This document shows positions 57,302-64,000 of a stretch of DNA of 64,000 nt, piece after piece. The notes beneath the pieces were generated by a model. That model did no database searches. It was given only the letters and a program-made list of their open reading frames with translations, and had not been told where the DNA came from. The stretch spans positions 13,057-77,056 of the forward strand of contig QCMN01000003.1 of NCBI GenBank assembly GCA_003213715.1, read 5' to 3'. How positions within the stretch are numbered: position 1 is the first letter of the stretch; the number at the start of each line of letters is the position of its first letter. This stretch comes from Pelagibacteraceae bacterium AG-422-B15 (GTDB taxonomy: Bacteria > Pseudomonadota > Alphaproteobacteria > Pelagibacterales > AG-422-B15). Made by a program: the position numbers and the translations under genes.

Positions 57302-57943
57302 ATGTTTCAAAAACTACTTTCTGAATATCTGGGTACACTCTTACTTGTTTTCTCGGTAGTCGGATCAGGGATAATGGCTGAAAACCTATCGCCAACAAAT
57401 GAAGGCGTTGTATTGCTAGCTAATGCAATAGCAACAGGAGCAATGCTTTACGTGATAATATCAATATTTAGCCCCATATCTGGAGCTCATTTTAACCCGA
57501 TTGTAAGTTTATATTTTAGATTAAAATCCAAAATTACTTCGATTGAGATGTCATTATTTATTATTTTACAAATCATTGGTGGTATATCAGGAGTTATTAT
57601 CGCTAATTATATTTTTAATGATTTATTTATTGAATTTTCTGATAAACAAAGGACTGGTTTAAATATTCATATTTCAGAAATTATAGCCTCGGTAGGACTT
57701 CTTTTGACAATTGTATTATCACTTAGAGCAAAACGTGATCCAGCAATTGCAGTTGCACTATATATTACAGGTGCTTATTGGTTTACGTCCTCTACATCGT
57801 TTGCAAATCCAGCAGTGACCATAAGCAGATCACTTACAAATACATTTACTGGCATTGATCCTGCTCATATATTAGGATTTATTGTATCTCAGATTATTGG
57901 CTTAATTATTGCTTTTTTAATATTGCGTTTATTTAACGAGTAA
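57302..57943 (+). CDS. MIP/aquaporin family channel (ars-associated type)
   Basis: VVGSGIMA, SGAHFNP and AYWFTSSTSFANPA motifs. Confidence 0.9.
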   Translation: MFQKLLSEYLGTLLLVFSVVGSGIMAENLSPTNEGVVLLANAIATGAMLYVIISIFSPISGAHFNPIVSLYFRLKSKITSIEMSLFIILQIIGGISGVIIANYIFNDLFIEFSDKQRTGLNIHISEIIASVGLLLTIVLSLRAKRDPAIAVALYITGAYWFTSSTSFANPAVTISRSLTNTFTGIDPAHILGFIVSQIIGLIIAFLILRLFNE

Positions 57944-57953
57944 AAAAACTAAA

Positions 57954-58787
57954 TTATGATACGTATTCCAATAAGAAAACTCCTATAAACAAAATAACAG
58001 CTGCAGCAAGCCTTCTCTTTAACCCTTGTTCTTTAAAAAATAATAATCCGATTAGTGAGGCAAATATTATACTGCTCTCTCTTATTGAAGCGACATAGTG
58101 AATTGGTGCTTGTGTATATGCCCAAAGAACAAGTGAGTACGAAGTTACAGAGCCAATTGCAGCAATAATCAGTGGAAATTTGTTTTCTGTGAATGTTGTT
58201 ATCAATAAATTACGTTGATTGCTTATAGAATAAAGCAGAATTGGAATAGGCATCAAAAAAAATAGCCATACAATATATTGCATTGAACTTTCGACTGTTT
58301 TAACTGCGTATGAATCAACTAAAGTATAAAACGTTATAGATACTGGAAAATATAATAAGACCAATACGTTTTTATAATCTAAGCTGAAACTTTTACCAAT
58401 AAAAAGCACAAAAATACCTGATATAATTATTCCAATTGCTATGATTTCATTTAATGAAATTGTTTTGTTTAAGATAAATATTAAAATCAAAATTGTTAGT
58501 AAGGGTGCAAGACCTCTTGCAAATGGATAAGCGACCGAAAAATCCTCTATAGCATATGCCCTTGTTAATGAGTGCATGTACATTGTATGGGCAATGACTC
58601 CAAAAAATAAATATATTGCTGCAGTAGAAGAGGGCAGGCCAACGTAAAATAATAAAGGTACCATAAATAGAGCAATAATCGTTGCTAAGATAACCATCTT
58701 CGCAAATCCATTACCTTTATTTTTTATGAATGCATTCCAAGACGCATGCAATATTGCTGAAAATAATATTACACTTAAAATTGACAT
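57954..58787 (-). CDS. EamA/DMT family transporter
   Basis: LHASWN, YPFARG and SIRESS motifs. Confidence 0.9.
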   Translation of the reverse strand: MSILSVILFSAILHASWNAFIKNKGNGFAKMVILATIIALFMVPLLFYVGLPSSTAAIYLFFGVIAHTMYMHSLTRAYAIEDFSVAYPFARGLAPLLTILILIFILNKTISLNEIIAIGIIISGIFVLFIGKSFSLDYKNVLVLLYFPVSITFYTLVDSYAVKTVESSMQYIVWLFFLMPIPILLYSISNQRNLLITTFTENKFPLIIAAIGSVTSYSLVLWAYTQAPIHYVASIRESSIIFASLIGLLFFKEQGLKRRLAAAVILFIGVFLLEYVS

Positions 58788-58788
58788 A

Positions 58789-59415
58789 TTACGGAGTAAG
58801 CCATTCTTTGTTTAAACTGTCATTTGTGGATGTAAATAATGCTCGGCGATGCCCTTGACGATGCAAATAAAGCCACTCAATTGAGTGAATTTGAATTTCC
58901 ACTAAAGTAAAGTTGTTGTAACCGTTTTGTAAAAGATCATCGTCTGGAAGTTCGTTTTCATGCTCTGGTAAGTACCCTGAAGTTGGTTCATCTGACGGGG
59001 TACCTGGTGCCTTTTCTACAACATAACATTTCTTGCTAAATGACCTTGAGTTATCCCAGGCCATTTTTGCTTTATCGTTTTTATGATTGATTTCAGCTTT
59101 TCCCGATACTTTAATTTGTATCTTTTTGCCATGATCGTAAAACAGCATGGTTACAGCGCTATTTTTTTTGATTTCATCAATTTTACTGGATCGGATGTCT
59201 GTATGAAAGCTTATGGTATTATTTTTCTTATCAACATGTCTTAAGACAACTGTTCTAACCGATGGAAATGAGTCATTGAATGTTGAAATATACCCTTGAT
59301 GTAATTCAGATTTTGATTTTGATTTACCAATTATGAGTTGATCCCAAATATTTTCATAAGTCTTATCAAGATCATTATAAAAATCAGGTTTATTGTGTGT
59401 ATGATCTTTTACCAT
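58789..59415 (-). CDS. Pyridoxamine 5'-phosphate oxidase-related FMN-binding protein
   Basis: PSVRTVVLR, FHTDIRSSK and HRRA..WLTP motifs. Confidence 0.88.
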   Translation of the reverse strand: MVKDHTHNKPDFYNDLDKTYENIWDQLIIGKSKSKSELHQGYISTFNDSFPSVRTVVLRHVDKKNNTISFHTDIRSSKIDEIKKNSAVTMLFYDHGKKIQIKVSGKAEINHKNDKAKMAWDNSRSFSKKCYVVEKAPGTPSDEPTSGYLPEHENELPDDDLLQNGYNNFTLVEIQIHSIEWLYLHRQGHRRALFTSTNDSLNKEWLTP

Positions 59416-60086
59416 TCTAGCTTTTTTCCTTCATAGTTTAAAAATGAGCCAGAGTTATCAAGATTTAGTTCATTTATAACATTGATCATTCGGGTAATGC
59501 TCTCAGGTATCTCTAATTTCGCACTTGTGCCACCCATATCGGTTTTTACCCATCCTGGGTGCAAAATAAGGACAGATATACCATCTTCTTTCCAATCTAT
59601 TGATAAGCTTCTTGCTGCGGAATTAAGAGCTGATTTTGACGAGCGATAAAAATAAAATCTACCAGAGTAATTGTCATCAATGCTTCCCATTTGACTGGAT
59701 ATAAAAACGACTTTCTTATCAGATCCCATTTTTAAGTTATTTTTTAATTTGCGTGCAAGAATTATGGGTATCACAGCGTTAATTCTCATTTCATTCATCC
59801 AGGCATCTGTATCTAGATCTTCTTTTAATTGCTCATCACTAAAAATACCTGCGTTGTGAATGAGTATATCAATTTTTTGAGACCCGATACTTGTTACAAA
59901 ACTATTCACGCTTGCATCAGAAGTTAAGTCAAGTTCGGCTATATCAATGTTACTAATTTCACTCAACTCTTTTGAGCTATCTTTATTTCGAGTGGTTGCA
60001 ATGATATTATGGTTTGTATTGCTGTATTGCTTTACAAACTCAAGCCCAAGACCTCGATTGGCTCCTATGATTAATATATTGCTCAT
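59409..60086 (-). CDS. Short-chain dehydrogenase (CsgA-like)
   Basis: GANRGLG, YRSSK and HPGWVKTDMG motifs. Confidence 0.92.
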   Translation of the reverse strand: MSNILIIGANRGLGLEFVKQYSNTNHNIIATTRNKDSSKELSEISNIDIAELDLTSDASVNSFVTSIGSQKIDILIHNAGIFSDEQLKEDLDTDAWMNEMRINAVIPIILARKLKNNLKMGSDKKVVFISSQMGSIDDNYSGRFYFYRSSKSALNSAARSLSIDWKEDGISVLILHPGWVKTDMGGTSAKLEIPESITRMINVINELNLDNSGSFLNYEGKKLEW

Positions 60087-60112
60087 TTTATATATAAACT
60101 TATAGTACGTTC

Positions 60113-60475
60113 ATGAGCATTTTAGCAAATCCTCTTCGACTAATCTTCTTTTTTTATTTATTTTATCTTTATTATTCATATGTGCGACCTGTGCCTGTTG
60201 ACTCTACAGTAAGAGAAGTGGCAAATTTAATTACTGATTATGGAATACACTTTATCTCATTTTTCATACTTGGCGCCTTGGCACAACTCGCTAACAGTAA
60301 AAACAATGACTTTGTATTTGGTATCAGCTTAGCCCTGATCACAAGTGTTTTTATTGAGTTTATACATTTTTTTATACCGTTTCGTGATTTTGCAATAATG
60401 GAAGGTTTTGCGAATATAGTTGGTTGTGTGTCAGCTATTTATCTAATAAGTTATTTAAGAAAGAAAAATGAGTAA
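60113..60475 (+). CDS. VanZ-like membrane protein
   Basis: HF..F.ILG, EFIH..IPFR and ANIVG patterns. Confidence 0.75.
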   Translation: MSILANPLRLIFFFYLFYLYYSYVRPVPVDSTVREVANLITDYGIHFISFFILGALAQLANSKNNDFVFGISLALITSVFIEFIHFFIPFRDFAIMEGFANIVGCVSAIYLISYLRKKNE

Positions 60476-60836
60476 ACTTTTAATTAGAAATATATGTCAA
60501 CCACCAGATAGCAATCCTTACGGCACAGCTCATGGAGCTTGGATCGTAAAGCAAATGGCCCATGGAGGTATTTATATGACTCAGCTTGTTTCAAAAGGAA
60601 ATGCCGTATTAGTGGAGTCTAAAGTTAAGTATAAAAATCCAATGCATGTTGGTAAATTCATCAATGTTTATGGATCGATTGTATCTGTAAAGCAGTCCAA
60701 AATGATATTCAAAATTACTGCGATGCGTTCTGAAATGAACCAAAAGGAAGTTGAAGTGGCAGTAGGGGAGTTTTCCTACGTTGCTATCAATGACAAAAAT
60801 AAAACAAGAAAATTTAAACCTAATTTAAAGATCTAA
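60468..60836 (+). CDS. Hotdog-fold acyl-CoA thioesterase-like protein
   Basis: P.DSNPYG..HGAWI and FSYVAIND motifs. Confidence 0.8.
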   Translation: MSKLLIRNICQPPDSNPYGTAHGAWIVKQMAHGGIYMTQLVSKGNAVLVESKVKYKNPMHVGKFINVYGSIVSVKQSKMIFKITAMRSEMNQKEVEVAVGEFSYVAINDKNKTRKFKPNLKI

Positions 60837-60864
60837 AAAAAAGCCCCCAAATTAATGGGGGCTT
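60833..60864 (-). terminator. Intrinsic terminator (T-tract on minus strand)
   Basis: Minus strand AAGCCCCCA-TTAATT-TGGGGGCTT followed by TTTTTT. Confidence 0.8.
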
Positions 60865-60871
60865 AATGTAG

Positions 60872-60970
60872 TTAAAACGGAGCTCCACTCAAAAAGTGGA
60901 GGTTTCCACATCTACAATCACATGGAATTTCACTACTCGAGCAAAGCTCCTCTATACTACCTATAGACAT
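60872..60970 (-). CDS. Cys-rich 32-aa peptide, not in ORF track
   Basis: AAGGAGGT SD 5 nt before ATG; MSIGSIEELCSSSEIPCDCRCGNLHFLSGAPF; own terminator. Confidence 0.6.
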   Translation of the reverse strand: MSIGSIEELCSSSEIPCDCRCGNLHFLSGAPF

Positions 60971-61055
60971 AGACCACCTCCTTTCATTAAATATGGTTAA
61001 AACTGTATTAGTATATATAATTTACTGGATTCTTATTTCAATCAAGGAGTTTATT

Positions 61056-61493
61056 ATGCAACCCGAATTAATTTTTGAGCCAGTCATCAATATGTTATGG
61101 CTTTCTTTGGCAGTTTTTGCCTTTGGGACAGTCCTTAGACTTAAGGCTATTGTCATCGATAAGAAGAATACAGAAGATGATTTTAAAATACCCACATTTG
61201 AAAACGGCAGTGAATTAATTCAAAATAGTCAGCGAAATTTGACAAATTTGTTCGAATTTCCAATCTTCTTTTACGCGGTTTGCATTATGATTTATGTAAC
61301 GGGAACAGTTGATGAGTATTTTATGTTGTTAGCAGCATGGTTCTTTTGGTTAAGAGTTTTACACTCAATCGTTCACATATTTTACAATAAAATCATACCT
61401 GGTGTTGCCTTGCCAGTTAGAACGTTATTTTGGTTTCCGTCTACGATTATCCTGGCGTGGATGGCTTATCGAGCCTGCTCTTTAATGATCTGA
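61056..61493 (+). CDS. MAPEG family protein (copy 1)
   Basis: NLTNLFEFPIFFY and LRVLHSIVH motifs. ATG at 61056 with SD AAGGAG. Confidence 0.88.
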   Translation: MQPELIFEPVINMLWLSLAVFAFGTVLRLKAIVIDKKNTEDDFKIPTFENGSELIQNSQRNLTNLFEFPIFFYAVCIMIYVTGTVDEYFMLLAAWFFWLRVLHSIVHIFYNKIIPGVALPVRTLFWFPSTIILAWMAYRACSLMI

Positions 61494-61915
61494 TGTTAAC
61501 TAATATTTTAGTTCCAGCACTTGGACTTATTTTATTAACTTTTGTTATTGGATTAATTCATACAATCGCATCAGTTAATTTAATGGGTAAAGGCAAGGAC
61601 TGGGAGGAAAGTGGAATTCCTGTTGAGCCTTATAAAGATGCTCCTCTACATTTGAAAATTATAAAAAATAATATTTCAAATATATTTGAGTTTTCAGTTA
61701 TTTTTTATTTTCTAATAGGGATCATCGTTTTTATTGAAATTGAAAGTACTTTTTTGCTAATTTGCGCATGGTTATATTTATTATTTAGAGTGATCCATTC
61801 CATTGTACATATCTGTTTCAATAACACTGCAGCAAGAGGCGCCATCTGGATTTTTTCTCAAACTGCTTTGTTGTTATTGTTTCTTGGAACTGCGTATTAT
61901 GTTTTAAGTAGCTGA
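61493..61915 (+). CDS. MAPEG family protein (copy 2)
   Basis: NISNIFEF and FRVIHSIVH motifs; TGATG coupling to copy 1. Confidence 0.85.
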   Translation: MLTNILVPALGLILLTFVIGLIHTIASVNLMGKGKDWEESGIPVEPYKDAPLHLKIIKNNISNIFEFSVIFYFLIGIIVFIEIESTFLLICAWLYLLFRVIHSIVHICFNNTAARGAIWIFSQTALLLLFLGTAYYVLSS

Positions 61916-62245
61916 TACCCCGGCATCAGATAATTTTTTCTTAAGTTTACCTGTAAGCATTAAATAAGCCATATGATGATCACCAATGAGTGACCATAAA
62001 GGATATTTAAACGTAGCGGGTTTATTTTTTTCTATAAAGAAATGTCCAATCCATGCAGGACCATAACCTGCAAGTAAGATTAAAGGCAGGAATAAGTAAT
62101 TTTGAGTTAGCAGCAGGGACCAAAATAGAACTTGGTACCCAATCGTACCAAAATAGTGCAGCATCCTTGTGCTTTTTTTGCTGTGTTCCCTTAAATAGAA
62201 AGGAAAAAAATCTTTGTAATTTGTATATCTAGCTGGATTTTCCAT
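61904..62245 (-). CDS. DUF962/Mpo1-like protein
   Basis: FYLREHS..R.LH, AWIGHFFIEKNKPATF and YPLWS motifs. Confidence 0.9.
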   Translation of the reverse strand: MENPARYTNYKDFFPFYLREHSKKSTRMLHYFGTIGYQVLFWSLLLTQNYLFLPLILLAGYGPAWIGHFFIEKNKPATFKYPLWSLIGDHHMAYLMLTGKLKKKLSDAGVSAT

Positions 62246-62268
62246 AGAATAAACATTATATTTCGATC

Positions 62269-62349
62269 ATGAATCTAGACAACAAAATAATGTACATAAT
62301 TGTTGCTGCTTTTGTGGTCTTTATACTGATATCCAGCTTCAGCGCATAA
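62269..62349 (+). CDS. Possible 26-aa membrane peptide, not in ORF track
   Basis: MNLDNKIMYIIVAAFVVFILISSFSA; ends 4 bp before the next gene. Confidence 0.35.
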   Translation: MNLDNKIMYIIVAAFVVFILISSFSA

Positions 62350-62353
62350 TTTC

Positions 62354-63064
62354 ATGACAAATTTTGGCTATATTCCTGTATATGCGCTTAGATTCATGAT
62401 TGCATATTTTATTGTAACAAATGCCGCGGCTATGATTTTATTTCCTGGAGGAACTTTATTTAATCCAGATTTAAATTCTTACTCTTTTAGTGGAAATTTT
62501 TTTAGTGACTTGGGAATCACATTTACTCGCGATGGCACTCAGAACTTTCTCTCAAGCTTTTTATTTAACAGCTCTTTGTTGATAATGGGACTATGCGCTG
62601 TCTCTCACGTATTTGTACCAAATTTATTTAGAGAGAATAAGAAAACTTATGTGATTTCAGTCATTGCATCAATTTTATTAGTTATTTCTGGAATATCTTT
62701 CATTGGCGTTGGTTTAACACCAGCTGATATTTATTTTGAAGAGCATGTTTGGTTTGTTATTTTAGCTTTTAACGCTCAAACTGTTGGTATTTTTTTTATG
62801 ACAATCGCATTTTTACTGAGCAAAATAAGTAATAGATATACTATTGTTGCTTTTATCTATTTTATAAATGTCGCTCTTTATACAATCTTTGAAACAAGTG
62901 AGCCTCCACCTGACTTCAATCCATTTGAATTGGAAAATGTTGAAGAGTTCATAGATTACCACCGATTCACGATATCAGTTGTTTGGCAAAAAATAATTAC
63001 AGTTATTTCTATGATCAGTATTCTGATCTTTACATTTGGTTATAAGAAACTTTTAAATGACTAG
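62354..63064 (+). CDS. DUF998-like membrane protein (copy 1)
   Basis: FPGG, YSF..NFFSDLG, GVGLTPAD..H and QK motifs. Confidence 0.75.
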   Translation: MTNFGYIPVYALRFMIAYFIVTNAAAMILFPGGTLFNPDLNSYSFSGNFFSDLGITFTRDGTQNFLSSFLFNSSLLIMGLCAVSHVFVPNLFRENKKTYVISVIASILLVISGISFIGVGLTPADIYFEEHVWFVILAFNAQTVGIFFMTIAFLLSKISNRYTIVAFIYFINVALYTIFETSEPPPDFNPFELENVEEFIDYHRFTISVVWQKIITVISMISILIFTFGYKKLLND

Positions 63065-63773
63065 ATTCTGGTGTGTACATATCCCAAGAATTGCATCTAC
63101 TTATTATATTTTTGCGGTAATCATTGCTATGCTTCTATACCCTGGCGGTAATCATATAGAACTAGATCAAGTAGGTTATTCATTTCATAAAAATTTTCTT
63201 AGTGAGCTTGGTTTTCATAAAACAATGTCTGGAGATTTAAACTTTTTTTCATCTTTTTTCTGGAATACTGCAATGTACATGCTCTTATTACAAGGCATAG
63301 CTTTTTTGTTTATTCCGAGTTTATTTAGGGTAAATCGTTACTCGTTTATATTTGCTTGTTTAGGAACATTATTTATGTTTCCGGCTTGTGTTTTTTTTGT
63401 AGGAGTTGCCTTAACACCAGGTGATATTTACTTTGATGCGCATCTATTTACTACAACTATGGCATTTAATTTATACTCTGTAGCAATTCTCTTTTATGTT
63501 CTTGCTTTTTTATTTAGTCCTTTATCAAACTATTATGCGTCAGGAGGTGTGCTACTTTTTATTGCAGTAGGAGTTTATGCCTATTATCTTGGTGACTTTC
63601 AACCGATTGATGCAATAAATGACCGTGTTCGTTTTTTAGAAACGTACACAATGGATTTCTTGATATTTAATGTAGTGTTACAGAAGGTGATGATTATTCT
63701 AATGATTACAACAATTGTCATGTTTACGTTTGGCCTCGATAAGTTAATAGGAAAAAAAAATGCAAATGACTAA
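63057..63773 (+). CDS. DUF998-like membrane protein (copy 2)
   Basis: YPGG, YSF..NFLSELG, GVALTPGD..H and QK motifs. Confidence 0.75.
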   Translation: MTRFWCVHIPRIASTYYIFAVIIAMLLYPGGNHIELDQVGYSFHKNFLSELGFHKTMSGDLNFFSSFFWNTAMYMLLLQGIAFLFIPSLFRVNRYSFIFACLGTLFMFPACVFFVGVALTPGDIYFDAHLFTTTMAFNLYSVAILFYVLAFLFSPLSNYYASGGVLLFIAVGVYAYYLGDFQPIDAINDRVRFLETYTMDFLIFNVVLQKVMIILMITTIVMFTFGLDKLIGKKNAND

Positions 63774-64000
63774 ATTTTGGACAGTCTATATCATTCGATT
63801 TGTATCAATTTTTTTTGTTGTCTCAGTAATTATTGCTTCATATTTTTTTCCAGGAGGAAACATACATAATCCTGATCAAATTGGTTATTCATTTAGTCAT
63901 AATTTTTTAAGTGAACTGGGTGGGTATATTACATTTGCGGGAGATATTAATAGTATTTCATCATTTTTTTTTAACTCCGCACTTTTTTGTTTTTTATTGG
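63766..64000 (+). CDS. DUF998-like membrane protein (copy 3, 3'-truncated by the window edge)
   Basis: MTKFWTVYIIR...FPGGNIHNPDQIGYSFSHNFLSELG; frame is open to the window end. Confidence 0.75.
   Translation, partial: MTKFWTVYIIRFVSIFFVVSVIIASYFFPGGNIHNPDQIGYSFSHNFLSELGGYITFAGDINSISSFFFNSALFCFLL

Noticed and set aside
1-64000. CRISPR arrays, rRNA, IS elements, recognised riboswitches
   Set aside because: No repeat-spacer arrays, rRNA-like tracts, transposase ORFs or recognisable riboswitch consensus were seen by eye. A covariance-model scan was not possible.

Overview
AT-rich (roughly 30% GC by eye), gene-dense, streamlined chromosome segment. Gene content suggests a marine alphaproteobacterium (SAR11/HIMB59-like; inference). 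In order: (1) a suf Fe-S operon (sufBCDS-sufU) with msrB inserted before sufT; (2) a tRNA-Lys(TTT) carrying a 1.25-kb integrase-less mini-element with duplicated att core, paired arm-type repeats and one YadA-like cargo gene; (3) a mixed region with a five-gene operon of small barrel/NTF2 proteins, msrA, cfa and a desaturase; (4) an atuA/acyl-CoA synthetase/branched-chain-type ABC catabolic region, with the transporter split into two convergent halves; (5) a ~17-kb phosphate-starvation cluster (plcP-agt, porin, sixA, ppk1-ppx, phoR, pstSCAB-phoU-phoB, arsC-aquaporin) with several PHO-box-like arrays; (6) tandem MAPEG and DUF998-like paralogues. Several microproteins and two candidate structured sRNAs are absent from the ORF track. 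No CRISPR array, rRNA, transposase or integrase was seen. All family assignments come from motif recognition by eye, not from database searches.
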